IMG/VR virus record: IMGVR_UViG_3300024518_005076
Origin: a virus
Taxonomy: Duplodnaviria > Heunggongvirae > Uroviricota > Caudoviricetes
DNA length: 64,000 bases
Direction: 5' to 3' (one strand)
Shown: piece by piece, positions 19,708 through 28,975 of the stretch
How the letters are laid out: each line of letters starts with the position of its first letter
Numbering within the stretch: position 1 is the first letter of the stretch
Program-made: the position numbers and the translations under genes
Notes under the pieces: model-generated
The model's input: only the letters and a program-made list of their open reading frames with translations
Told to the model about the DNA's origin: nothing
Database searches by the model: none

Positions 19708-20992
19708 CCTGGAAGCCAGAGATCATGACTGGCCGGTCGCCCAGCTCGCCACCGAACGGCTTCAGGTTCATAAGAAGCTCACGAACCTCGTCCGGAGTGA
19801 TGGCACCGCACTTCAGGCAAGTCAGAATGTTATCTCTCAAGCTTTGCTGAGAGTCGACATTGCAAGGCCCCAGTTTAATGAACAGGTTGCCAGGGAAGTC
19901 CGAGGCAAGCTTCTGGGTCAGATGCTGGGAAATGTGCTCAAGGATCGGATCCACAGTCATCTTGCAGAACTGAGTGAGCGACCCTTCCATTGAGGCACTG
20001 GTCATTCCCTCTCCGAGGCCGACCACAGACTTCGGAACACCATGAGTGGCCAAAGTGATAGACAGTGTTCTGTCCAGGCTGGAAGAGTAATCCAGTTCCT
20101 TCACGCTTCCGGAGTTGTATTGCCCGGAAAGCTTCAGGCCCGAGTGTGAGATCATCGGAGCACCCGTCTGATCCGCCATGCTGTGCTGGGCGAACAAATT
20201 GGCCCAGAGCTGGTGGACCTGATGTGGCTGGAGCCGCTTCTCGCACTCGAAAACCATGCCTGGCGCGGCAAAATTCTTGAACTGGTAGTACAGACGCCTG
20301 TGCATCTCATCTTCCAGGTCAATAGTCGTTGCAGCCGCCTTAATCGAGGGAGTTCCGTAGTATCGGCCAGAATCACTCCAGTCCAGGCTGGGATTCTTGA
20401 TATGGATCATCCACTCTGGCGGAACGACGAAGTTTTCGCCCACGGCTCCAGAGTCGATCTGGTAACCGCCGACCATCTCTGTCTCACCCGACAGGACTTT
20501 CACCCACTGAGTCGGCATTGGCCAGATTTCTCTGGGGATTCCAAACCCGTTGCGAGCCTTGTAGAGGAAAGAGTCGCCCGTCAGGAGTCTCCACCCAACC
20601 ATGTAAAACCAGAGGTCCCATTCGGTATCTACCGGGTTCACATCGCGGAGAAGCTCGACCAGCGGGTGCGTTGGGGAGACTTCTTCGGTCTTCCATGTGC
20701 CCTTCTGCTTGAATTTGCGGAAAACCTTGGCCTTTTGCATTGCGGCCATCCGAGCAATTGCTCCAATGGCGATATAGGTTGAGCCCTTGTACTGCTGGGC
20801 GTACTTGTTCCGATCTTCAACCCAGCGAGCGGGAGTTCCTGACTGGCCCAGTCGATTAGCCATTACCGGGAACTGCTGCTCAGCCGGAAACGTACGGATG
20901 TCTCGACCACGAGTCGGACCTTGAGAGAATTCAACCTCTCGGAACGAACTACCAGCGTTCTGAAGAATCGATTCCAGGTTCGTCAGGGCCAT
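19562..20992 (-). CDS. Portal protein (476 aa)
   Basis: Size, composition and position upstream of protease/scaffold/capsid. Confidence 0.75.
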   Translation of the reverse strand: MALTNLESILQNAGSSFREVEFSQGPTRGRDIRTFPAEQQFPVMANRLGQSGTPARWVEDRNKYAQQYKGSTYIAIGAIARMAAMQKAKVFRKFKQKGTWKTEEVSPTHPLVELLRDVNPVDTEWDLWFYMVGWRLLTGDSFLYKARNGFGIPREIWPMPTQWVKVLSGETEMVGGYQIDSGAVGENFVVPPEWMIHIKNPSLDWSDSGRYYGTPSIKAAATTIDLEDEMHRRLYYQFKNFAAPGMVFECEKRLQPHQVHQLWANLFAQHSMADQTGAPMISHSGLKLSGQYNSGSVKELDYSSSLDRTLSITLATHGVPKSVVGLGEGMTSASMEGSLTQFCKMTVDPILEHISQHLTQKLASDFPGNLFIKLGPCNVDSQQSLRDNILTCLKCGAITPDEVRELLMNLKPFGGELGDRPVMISGFQVIDPNTGIPIEPGQDPAGKTPEKPDQNGSAQPQAKPVQVGRMALNNAN

Positions 20993-21326
20993 TCTTTACT
21001 CCGTTCTGCAGAACGCTTTGGGCAGCATTCATTGCTAGTGTTTCATTCCTTCGGGTCTCGATGTACCCAGCGATAATGTGGGCCTGAAGCTCCACATTCT
21101 GCTCTGAAAGCTGAAAGGCGTTCAAGTTCCTCTCGGACTCCAGACGAAGGTCAGACTCAATCTGCTCAAGTTCCCTGACTCTGATTTCAAGATCTTCAAC
21201 CTTAGCGCCAAGGCTGGCGCTGATATTGTCTCTCTCCGCCTCCGCCTGCTTCTTTTCCCTGCGAAGCTGGGAACAGGCAGCCTTTAGCTCAGCAATCTTC
21301 TTGTCACGCTTGGGGAACAGCTGCAT
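20949..21326 (-). CDS. Coiled-coil hypothetical protein (125 aa)
   Basis: ORF. Confidence 0.45.
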   Translation of the reverse strand: MQLFPKRDKKIAELKAACSQLRREKKQAEAERDNISASLGAKVEDLEIRVRELEQIESDLRLESERNLNAFQLSEQNVELQAHIIAGYIETRRNETLAMNAAQSVLQNGVKNGPDEPGIDSSERW

Positions 21327-21504
21327 TTCTGGCTCCGTTAAATTTGTTCATCGAGACCGGAAGATCGCAGAAAAAACCGATGAATAAAAGAGCAGCCCAT
21401 CCACGGAGCCTGAGAATGGACTGCTCTCGTCAGAGAAAACGTCAACAATGGTATCTGTATGTCCATTTCCATTTCTACTGCTAGATTTCTTGACGCCATG
21501 AGAT

Positions 21505-21891
21505 TTGCTGGTAGATTGCCCAGTCATATTCATTTCTCAAACCCAGAAAGCATCCATGGACAAATCCAACTGCCAGATCATGGAAGACGCCGCCCGATCC
21601 AGAATGGAAGACTTATACCCGGAACTTCTTGAGGACTGGCACCCTGCTGAGATTCAGCTCGAAAACGTGCAGGTCATTGGAGATCCGGGAGGAAACGACG
21701 CCAGTATTACCGTGTTTTCCGATGCTGCCCCCGGCTCAGAGTTTGTTCCCCTGCTGATCTTTACAGAGATGACAGAGTCGGGAGAATGCATCTTCCCAGG
21801 CTATCTTCAGAGTTCGAATCCACATTTTAAGACTCTCATAGGACACGCACTCAATGACCGACCTCAAATCGATCCCAGAGGGGAAGATTGA
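21505..21891 (+). CDS. Hypothetical protein (128 aa)
   Basis: First ORF of plus-strand block. Confidence 0.45.
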   Translation: MLVDCPVIFISQTQKASMDKSNCQIMEDAARSRMEDLYPELLEDWHPAEIQLENVQVIGDPGGNDASITVFSDAAPGSEFVPLLIFTEMTESGECIFPGYLQSSNPHFKTLIGHALNDRPQIDPRGED

Positions 21892-22771
21892 GACAGTTGA
21901 GATTTCCCTCTTGCGGAACAACCCGCTCAATGAGGAAATCTACGGCACCGAGGATGTCGACCCTGATCTTTTAAGGTCGATTCAAGATCACGGTGTCGAT
22001 ACGCCGATTGAAGTTCTTCCGGACGGAACTATCATCAAGGGCCACCGCAGAAAGCTGCACGCAGAAGAGGCTGGGCTTACAGAGGTCCCAGTTATTGTCC
22101 GCCACGAGCTGAACTCTCCGGAAGAGGTTGGCTTCGCTCTGATCGAAGACAATCGCCACCAGAGAAACAGGACGAATATACAGAAGGTGCGTGAAATCAT
22201 GTACCTGACAGGGATGCTCCAGACCCAGAACAGAATCCGCAAGGCTACGGGGCTTCCTGTTTATGAGGCTGATGCCCATACGGACGAAGAACTTATGGAG
22301 CTTTCCGGGATGAGCCGGGAGAGCTACGAGCAGGTTGCCAGTCTCACCGAAAGCTATGCAGCCAGGTTTGGATCGTCAGCATCTCCCCAGGATGTGGCCT
22401 GTGATCACATCGGAGTCAGCAAAAAGACGTTCATGCAGGGACAGAATGCCCTAAAGACAGCAGAGGCCTGGCGGAGTGCTGGAAACGACAAAAAGGCCGA
22501 CCAGATCGAAGAGGCTCTCCATAAGGGTATCTCAACTGGATATCAGGTCGCCAAGAAGATCGGTCAGCCCGGCAAGAGGAGTGAGAAGAAAGTAATCAAG
22601 GCTAAGGCCAGCATAGAGTCGGTCATTCTCACTCTTAAGAGTATGACGGCGGCACTTCACAAGGCTCGCGTCGCCATTCCAGAATCACTGCGTGATCAGC
22701 TCGACACCATCATCAATAAAATCAATAGCATGAGGGAAGAACTTGAAAAGTCCGAACTCGACAATACTTGA
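21854..22771 (+). CDS. ParB-like nuclease domain protein (305 aa)
   Basis: N-terminal ParB/Srx pattern incl. 'IIKGHRRKLHAEEAGLTEVPVIV'; immediately precedes a DNA methyltransferase (common phage ParB-MTase pairing). Confidence 0.7.
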   Translation: MTDLKSIPEGKIETVEISLLRNNPLNEEIYGTEDVDPDLLRSIQDHGVDTPIEVLPDGTIIKGHRRKLHAEEAGLTEVPVIVRHELNSPEEVGFALIEDNRHQRNRTNIQKVREIMYLTGMLQTQNRIRKATGLPVYEADAHTDEELMELSGMSRESYEQVASLTESYAARFGSSASPQDVACDHIGVSKKTFMQGQNALKTAEAWRSAGNDKKADQIEEALHKGISTGYQVAKKIGQPGKRSEKKVIKAKASIESVILTLKSMTAALHKARVAIPESLRDQLDTIINKINSMREELEKSELDNT

Positions 22772-25022
22772 GGGCGACAGCCTGCAAGTACTCAAAGGCC
22801 TGCCTGATAACTCATTCCAGTGCTCCGTAAGCTCGCCTCCTTACTGGAATTTGCGCAACTATCAAGTCGATGGACAGATAGGGCTTGAGCCAACCGCACG
22901 CGAATTCATCCAGAATCTCGTATCTGTTTACTCAGAACTAAAGAGGGTTCTCCATCCGTCTGGTATTGCCTGGATTAACATAGGCGACAACTACGCCGGT
23001 GGAGGAAACAAGCGAGGCAAGGGTAGTCCGATATCCAGCAAACAGTCCAGTAATGCCGGATGCACTGGCCAGCTTGCGGATGTGCCAATAGTAGAAGATC
23101 TTCCACGGAAGAACATGAATGGAATGCCATGGAGATTTGCCTTTGCAATGCAGGATGACGGCTGGGTCCTCCGAGATGCGATAATTTGGCAGAAAAAGAA
23201 TCCGATGCCTACGAGCCAAAAAGATAGATGTACGAACTGTTACGAGTACATCTTTCAGTTCACGAAGGGTCCAAAGTACTTCTTTGATATGGAGTCTGTG
23301 AGAGAGCCTGCCAGATATGGAGCTGGGGAGAACTTTCGGAGTTCGTCATATCTCAATGATAAGTCTCACAACAACAGCCAAGACCGGTCAGGATCGACCG
23401 AAGGAGGGATTCCGGGCAAGGGTGGAACGCGAGTGCCTAGGAACATCAGAAGCTGGGCAACCCAAGGCTATAAAGGTGCTCACTTTGCTTGTGTTGACGA
23501 GGAAACCCAGTGCTTGACCAAAGAAGGATGGAAGTCTCAAGATCAAATTAAGCCGGGTGATGTCGCCGCCCAGTACAACATGGAGAGCGGCCTCTTGTCC
23601 TGGGCTGAAGTTGAAGACGTAGCGAGATACGATGTTTCTGACCAAGACATGGTTTCTGCCGAATGCCGTGACTTGTCAATGCTTTTGACTCCTAACCACA
23701 GAACGATAATCTCCAGAAGAAGATCGAGAGGAAAAGGCCATCACCCTCCGACCATAATCGAAGCTGAGAATCTTAGTGATGGCCACAGAATACCAGTCTC
23801 TGCCGACTGGGATGATGGCGATCATGATCAAACCATGGGAGGGGTAGAGTGGGCAGAACTGATAGGATGGTACGTTGCGGAAGGGTACGAAAACAAGAAA
23901 TCGTGGTCTGTGGATATATATCAAAGCAGATCAGCAAATCCGGAAAAGGTCGAGAGGATTCGGCATCTTCTGGATTACGTGGATGCCGAGTACGAAGAGA
24001 CTCAATCTGAGAGGAAATACAAAAATCGCACATGCAGCATGTCTTCATTCAGAATAACTGGTCACGCGGCCATAAAAATAAGAAGCATGGTCCCAGGGAA
24101 AAGGCTTTCTTGGTCTTATATGGGGCTGTCAGCAGAAGAGATGAGGGCTCTTGTTGCTGGACTTATTGCTGGAGATGGACACATTCGGCCAGATGATGGC
24201 CGGGTGTGCTTTATCCAGAAGTCGGACCACTGTATCGACTTGGTTCAAGCAATGGCTGTTAGGCTGGGATATGCTGTAAAGATCACAAAATCCCCTTCAA
24301 CATGGAGAATGTACCTGACTGAAAAAAGATACATTTCTCTTCGTGGTACGAATGGAAGTGGCAGGAATATATCAACAAAGAAATATTCCGGAGTTGTGTG
24401 GTGTCCAAAACTACCCCATGGAACCTGGGTTGCTAGGAGGAATGGACGAGCATTCATAACTGGGAATACTTTTCCAATTTCGCTCCCTCTATGGTGTATT
24501 ACGGCCAGTGCTCCGAAAGCAGGCGTCTGTGCTAAATGCTTCACGCCATACAAGCGAGTAGTCGAAAGCATCCGCAGGGCGACCCGTCCGGGAGAAAACA
24601 CCAAGATCAAGATGCCGGACGGATGGGACACAGGAGAGGGCGGGCACGGCAGTTTTCATCGGGAAGGCAGAGAGAAAGGCCAGTACCGTGACACAGCAGA
24701 GATTGGAAACAGAGATCCGCAACGTCACGTCACAGAAACAACCACCGTTGGGTGGGAACCTGGATGCACTTGCGATTGCGGAACTGATTTCCCAGCAATT
24801 CTGGATCCCTTCTCAGGGGTCGCCACTACAGGACTGGCCTGTTCGCGCCTCCGATGCCACTACGTGGGAATCGAACTTAATCCAGAGTATGCACAGATGT
24901 CGCGGGACAGAATCAAGGACGATCTGATCAAGGGATTCGATCCGAACCCACATGCCGTGAACCTTAATCTGGGAACTGGTATCGACTTATGTCAGGAAAA
25001 CGTGTCACAATTTAATTACTAA
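22743..25022 (+). CDS. N6/N4 DNA methyltransferase (beta-class: SPPY catalytic motif first, FSGVATTG SAM motif last) interrupted by a LAGLIDADG intein
   Basis: 'SVSSPPYWNL' near N-terminus; 'ILDPFSGVATTG' near C-terminus; 'GAHFA'+'TFPISLP' flank the insert and rejoin to match the HPAVFP motif of the second MTase at 33448. Confidence 0.8.
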   Translation: MKSPNSTILEGDSLQVLKGLPDNSFQCSVSSPPYWNLRNYQVDGQIGLEPTAREFIQNLVSVYSELKRVLHPSGIAWINIGDNYAGGGNKRGKGSPISSKQSSNAGCTGQLADVPIVEDLPRKNMNGMPWRFAFAMQDDGWVLRDAIIWQKKNPMPTSQKDRCTNCYEYIFQFTKGPKYFFDMESVREPARYGAGENFRSSSYLNDKSHNNSQDRSGSTEGGIPGKGGTRVPRNIRSWATQGYKGAHFACVDEETQCLTKEGWKSQDQIKPGDVAAQYNMESGLLSWAEVEDVARYDVSDQDMVSAECRDLSMLLTPNHRTIISRRRSRGKGHHPPTIIEAENLSDGHRIPVSADWDDGDHDQTMGGVEWAELIGWYVAEGYENKKSWSVDIYQSRSANPEKVERIRHLLDYVDAEYEETQSERKYKNRTCSMSSFRITGHAAIKIRSMVPGKRLSWSYMGLSAEEMRALVAGLIAGDGHIRPDDGRVCFIQKSDHCIDLVQAMAVRLGYAVKITKSPSTWRMYLTEKRYISLRGTNGSGRNISTKKYSGVVWCPKLPHGTWVARRNGRAFITGNTFPISLPLWCITASAPKAGVCAKCFTPYKRVVESIRRATRPGENTKIKMPDGWDTGEGGHGSFHREGREKGQYRDTAEIGNRDPQRHVTETTTVGWEPGCTCDCGTDFPAILDPFSGVATTGLACSRLRCHYVGIELNPEYAQMSRDRIKDDLIKGFDPNPHAVNLNLGTGIDLCQENVSQFNY
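23490..24467 (+). mobile_element. Intein (about 326 aa) with double-motif LAGLIDADG homing endonuclease; boundaries approximate (N-junction Cys at 23490 or 23511; C-terminal Asn 24465 followed by Thr)
   Basis: Starts Cys after 'GAHFA'; LAGLIDADG-like 'LIGWYVAEGY' and 'LVAGLIAGDGHI'; ends '...FITGN' + 'T'. Confidence 0.6.
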
Positions 25023-25052
25023 ACATTCACCTGCAAGAAAGGAGCGTGCGGT

Positions 25053-25268
25053 ATGAGTCGTTTCTCCATTCGTCAGTTTCCTTCCACAAGCAGGGTCAGC
25101 ACCTTTGTGACGGCTTGCCCTGAGACCCAGAACTACACTGGCCATATCGCCATTGGGGCCGATGGCGACTTCCGTGTAGTCTATTCCGGTTCAGAGCAAT
25201 TGTCCGGAAATGACGCGATTAATCATGTGAAGAGCGTCCTCACGGAATCAATGCGAGACGATGGTTAA
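25053..25268 (+). CDS. Hypothetical protein (71 aa)
   Basis: ORF with AAAGGAG RBS. Confidence 0.5.
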   Translation: MSRFSIRQFPSTSRVSTFVTACPETQNYTGHIAIGADGDFRVVYSGSEQLSGNDAINHVKSVLTESMRDDG

Positions 25269-25491
25269 GATCAGGCACGAGGCCCACTTAGGCATTAATG
25301 ACAGGGGCCAGCTCCATTACAGGAAATGGGCTGGCAACCTGCCCACAAAATCAGGTCGCGTTATTCTGTCCAACCGGGAAATAACTTCCGAGGGCAGCAC
25401 GTTCACCGACTACGACGATACGGTCCATCAGATTCAGCCGGGCGACACTCTTCAGTTTGAAGACGGAACCTGGAAGCTGTTCCATAATTAA
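25261..25491 (+). CDS. Hypothetical protein (76 aa)
   Basis: ORF. Confidence 0.4.
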   Translation: MVKIRHEAHLGINDRGQLHYRKWAGNLPTKSGRVILSNREITSEGSTFTDYDDTVHQIQPGDTLQFEDGTWKLFHN

Positions 25492-25503
25492 AGGGAGGCG
25501 GCA

Positions 25504-25893
25504 ATGTTGCCATGCCCGTTCTGTGCGTCGGACAATTGCCATGTAATGGAGAAGCCGGGGCATCCTCGCCTGTGGGTGGAGTGCCTGGACTGTGGCTCTT
25601 CAGGCCCAGATGTTTTCTCTTGGGATGGGGCAGAGGAGTCCTGGAATATTCGCGGCTGTGATTGCATGTCGGAGCAGTTCGAAAACCACACGGAGATCGA
25701 TGAGGTCACGCTTCGCCCGGAAATTAATTGTGGAGAGAGGCAACTTGGCCGCTGGACGATAGTTGCCCATCACGAGCGGAACGGCAGGAAATACAAGGCT
25801 TATGAGTTTCCTGCGGTGGATGATGATCTGATCGGGGATATCCTGAAAAGCCTATTCGCATCAGGAGCCAGATCGACAGACGCTACTCAGTAA
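25504..25893 (+). CDS. Lar-like restriction-alleviation zinc-ribbon protein (129 aa)
   Basis: N-terminal 'MLPCPFCASDNC' plus a second Cys pair, like Lar-family proteins; GGGAGG RBS. Confidence 0.55.
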   Translation: MLPCPFCASDNCHVMEKPGHPRLWVECLDCGSSGPDVFSWDGAEESWNIRGCDCMSEQFENHTEIDEVTLRPEINCGERQLGRWTIVAHHERNGRKYKAYEFPAVDDDLIGDILKSLFASGARSTDATQ

Positions 25894-25911
25894 TCATATT
25901 CAGGAACACGC

Positions 25912-26526
25912 ATGACTCAGAAAGTAATCTCTCTGTGTGATCGCACAGGGAACATGGTTAAGCCATGGGCAGAGGCTGGATACGAATGCATCTGTGTTGA
26001 TATCCAGCATTCCATCCGAAGGACAAAAGTCAAAGGCAACATCACCTATCAGTGGGGCGACGTCCGGTCGTGGTGGCCTTTTCCGGATTGGGATATTGCC
26101 ATGGTGTTTGCAGCGCCACTTTGCACGGACCTCTCGGTTTCAGGTGCTCAAGACTGGCCCAAGAAGGGCCTGACTCGCTTAATTGACGCCCTGACTATGG
26201 TTGAATGCTGTCGTCGCATCGGAGAGTTCAGCCGAGCACCATGGATGATCGAGAACCCGGTCGGAAGACTCTCGTCCTTGTGGAGCAAGCCGGACTACAC
26301 GTTCCAGCCATGGAACTACGGAGATATGTATCAGAAGAAGACCTGCCTCTGGACGAACGAGAAGTTTGTGATGCCAGAGTTTCAGATCACAGAAAAACCA
26401 GAGGAAGTCACTCAGGATATCTGGACTATGTCCCCATCTGCTAACCGGGCCGATCTTCGGTCGGTCACTCCGATGGGATTCTCAAAAGCAGTATTCGAGG
26501 CCAATCATCGTATTAAGGCCTCGTGA
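25912..26526 (+). CDS. C5-cytosine methyltransferase-like protein, short (204 aa) with degenerate SAM motif
   Basis: 'ISLCDRTGNM...AEAGYECICVD' aligns to motif I but FxGxG is replaced; 'APLCTDLSVSG' resembles PCQ motif IV; 'IENPVGRL' resembles ENV motif VI; no target-recognition domain. Confidence 0.5.
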   Translation: MTQKVISLCDRTGNMVKPWAEAGYECICVDIQHSIRRTKVKGNITYQWGDVRSWWPFPDWDIAMVFAAPLCTDLSVSGAQDWPKKGLTRLIDALTMVECCRRIGEFSRAPWMIENPVGRLSSLWSKPDYTFQPWNYGDMYQKKTCLWTNEKFVMPEFQITEKPEEVTQDIWTMSPSANRADLRSVTPMGFSKAVFEANHRIKAS

Positions 26527-26564
26527 AGTATTGGCCCCCCAATAATCGCACAAGGAAACCAAAA

Positions 26565-26837
26565 ATGCTTGAAGCCGTCACTAAAGAAATCACCAATGAG
26601 GTTATGCGTAAAAGGCTAGAGTTCACCAGGAAAGTCATTGAGTTTGCAAGACAGCATTGTCATATTCTGCACCCACATGACTTTTACGGGGTTTATGGAT
26701 TCGGTACTAAGAGTGCCGACCTTGAAAAATACAAGTTCTTGGAAATCGGATCGTTTGTTCCAGTCTTGGCCGAAAAGGAAACGCGAGCCATTGTCTCGAA
26801 GATGCGAGAGCAGCTTAAACAGAAGGACAGCGAATGA
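26565..26837 (+). CDS. Hypothetical protein (90 aa)
   Basis: ORF with AAGGAAA RBS. Confidence 0.45.
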   Translation: MLEAVTKEITNEVMRKRLEFTRKVIEFARQHCHILHPHDFYGVYGFGTKSADLEKYKFLEIGSFVPVLAEKETRAIVSKMREQLKQKDSE

Positions 26838-27007
26838 GCCTTGCCGTGATCATCGTGAGCGCGATTGCCGGACTCGCCATGACCGGCGGTCTGCGGCTGT
26901 TTGTGTGTGAGCTTGGGTATCACAAATGGAAGCGTTTCAAGTACGGAAAAGAATGTTGCGTGTGCGCCAGGCGGAAATGGGACGAAATGGGAGAGATTTA
27001 TGAATAA
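26834..27007 (+). CDS. Small membrane protein (57 aa; below ORF-track cutoff)
   Basis: ATG with AGAAGGA RBS, hydrophobic N-terminus, start and stop overlap neighbours. Confidence 0.35.
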   Translation: MSLAVIIVSAIAGLAMTGGLRLFVCELGYHKWKRFKYGKECCVCARRKWDEMGEIYE

Positions 27008-27323
27008 ATGGCACTGGGCACGACACGGGCGCGAGTGGCGACTGGAAGATCAGGACGGAAAGACCATCCTCAGATCAACCGGGCATGAAGTTCACATGGA
27101 GTGCTATTCGTGTCAGGAAGAAGTTCGGGGTGGACATCCAGAGACCTGGCTCTTAAATAGTGATGGAGACTTGGACCCTGAGTCGTCTGACGCCAAGCTG
27201 TTAGCACTGGCTCCAGAGATGCTTGCTCATCTGGAACTCTTGCTGTGCAGTGAAGCCGACGATGACGACCTACGCAATTCAATCCGTCGCATCACGGAGC
27301 GTGCCCATGGAAGGGCTACTTGA
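27000..27323 (+). CDS. Hypothetical protein (107 aa)
   Basis: ORF; ATGAATAA overlap with upstream stop. Confidence 0.4.
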   Translation: MNKWHWARHGREWRLEDQDGKTILRSTGHEVHMECYSCQEEVRGGHPETWLLNSDGDLDPESSDAKLLALAPEMLAHLELLLCSEADDDDLRNSIRRITERAHGRAT

Positions 27324-27492
27324 CACAATCGCCCGAAGGCTCGGACTGGACGACTGGGGCAAGACTGTCCGGTATGTCAACAGCACTGGGCACAAGGACG
27401 ACGATCTCTATGACGCTGGCGAAATACTCAAGGACCTTCGGGTCGTAATCAACGAACTCGATAAGCACTCACAAGACATAATGGATTGGTAA
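27307..27492 (+). CDS. Hypothetical protein (61 aa)
   Basis: ORF. Confidence 0.35.
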   Translation: MEGLLDTIARRLGLDDWGKTVRYVNSTGHKDDDLYDAGEILKDLRVVINELDKHSQDIMDW

Positions 27493-27496
27493 CCAC

Positions 27497-27805
27497 ATGG
27501 ATGTCATTAGAGAGAGCGAAGGAAAGCTCTTGTGTCCCACCTGCTCAAGCGATCAGGTACATCTTGGATTTGTCCAGGGAGAACAGCAGAAGTTCTCAAC
27601 CAGAATCACAGGCAATCGGGTCGTGACGCTCCCAATCCGGCTCCACGACAAGGATGGGTCCACCGTAGAGCTTAAGATGTGGTGCGAGAACGAGCATGAG
27701 TTCTCCTACTTTCTGGAGTGGGAGCAAGGCTCTGTTTATGTCGAGTGCAGCCAGGGTCGCCTCAGCAAAGAGAAGCCCGCACCGGAAATGTGGATCAGGC
27801 AGTAA
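27497..27805 (+). CDS. Zinc-ribbon hypothetical protein (102 aa)
   Basis: ORF with CPTC...C..C pairs. Confidence 0.45.
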   Translation: MDVIRESEGKLLCPTCSSDQVHLGFVQGEQQKFSTRITGNRVVTLPIRLHDKDGSTVELKMWCENEHEFSYFLEWEQGSVYVECSQGRLSKEKPAPEMWIRQ

Positions 27806-27931
27806 TCAATTATCAGAATATTCATGTTTTTCTTAGCTGGGCGCTGGACTTATTCAAATTCAGTGGAATAATCATCGCACAAGAGGCGCATGTCGCACCT
27901 CAACCCATCATCACAAGCAGGGATTATCAGA

Positions 27932-28768
27932 ATGACGATCACGTACTCTACGGAACAGGTTACACCAGAAATGGCCGCACGGTGGCTATCCGTCAACACA
28001 GGAAACCGCCCAGTATCGAAAGGGTCCGTGGCCAGGTTTGCCGCAGACATTAAAAACGATCGCTGGATGGAAACCGCCGACCCAATTAAGCTGGCTGAGG
28101 GGGAATCCCGTCTTGTTGATGGGCAGCATCGATGCCTTGCGATCGTAAGTGCCAAGAAGGCAATTACAACTGCTGTCGCTCGCGGAGTGTCTCCTGACAC
28201 GTTCGTTGTTCAGGACTGCGGCAAGAAGCGAACCCCCGGAGACACGTTTCACGTTGCTGGGTTTGTAGACACGAACATACTTTCGTCTGCTGTACGAAAA
28301 GCCCTCATGCTTATGAGCGGCCTCGCCCCGAGACACAGCCACAGAAACATAATCTCGACCCATGAGCTTCTGGACTATATGGAAGAAAACAAGGATGCGT
28401 TCGAAGCCGCCATGCGAACCAAGCATCGCATGGTTGGGATTATGCCTGCCAGCCTTTGTGTGGCCATGCGGTTTGTTCTCGGTATAATCGACGACGAGCG
28501 GGCCAGTATTTTCTTCGACACTCTGTCGACCGGCATTGGTCTTCAGGAAGGAAATTCTGTTTACACGCTTCGTGAGCGACTCCGGAAAATCATGTCCGAG
28601 CGAGGCACCCGTAAGCACGGAGACGAAACCTTGATTGCGCATATCACCATCAAGGCGTGGAACCACTTCGTTGCCGGGAATCGGTGTATGGTGCTGGGCG
28701 TTCGCCAGACAGAGCCGTTCCCGAGTCTTCTCGACCAGATTCCAGAGGAATTTCATCGCGTTGTATAG
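27932..28768 (+). CDS. ParB-like nuclease superfamily protein with DGQHR motif (DndB-like domain)
   Basis: 'ESRLVDGQHRCLAIV' = DGQHR signature of ParB/Srx-fold DndB-like proteins. Confidence 0.6.
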   Translation: MTITYSTEQVTPEMAARWLSVNTGNRPVSKGSVARFAADIKNDRWMETADPIKLAEGESRLVDGQHRCLAIVSAKKAITTAVARGVSPDTFVVQDCGKKRTPGDTFHVAGFVDTNILSSAVRKALMLMSGLAPRHSHRNIISTHELLDYMEENKDAFEAAMRTKHRMVGIMPASLCVAMRFVLGIIDDERASIFFDTLSTGIGLQEGNSVYTLRERLRKIMSERGTRKHGDETLIAHITIKAWNHFVAGNRCMVLGVRQTEPFPSLLDQIPEEFHRVV

Positions 28769-28975
28769 CAGTTGGTTTCGGTTCCGTGATGGTGCCTTCT
28801 GAGTGGCACAGCTCACTGGCACAATCTAAAACCGACGACATCCGGGAGAGACCGGTCGGTGAGTGCAGAGTGCCGGGTCCGTAGACGCCAAACCTGCACA
28901 TGCCTGATAACCTCCTACAGGCCCCGTCCCGTGGCGGGATATCCACGGGACTTTTCGACACACAAAGGGATAATC

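Noticed and set aside
22938-24631. Multiple 80-130-aa minus-strand ORFs inside the MTase/intein gene
   Set aside because: All antisense to a gene with clear MTase and intein motifs.
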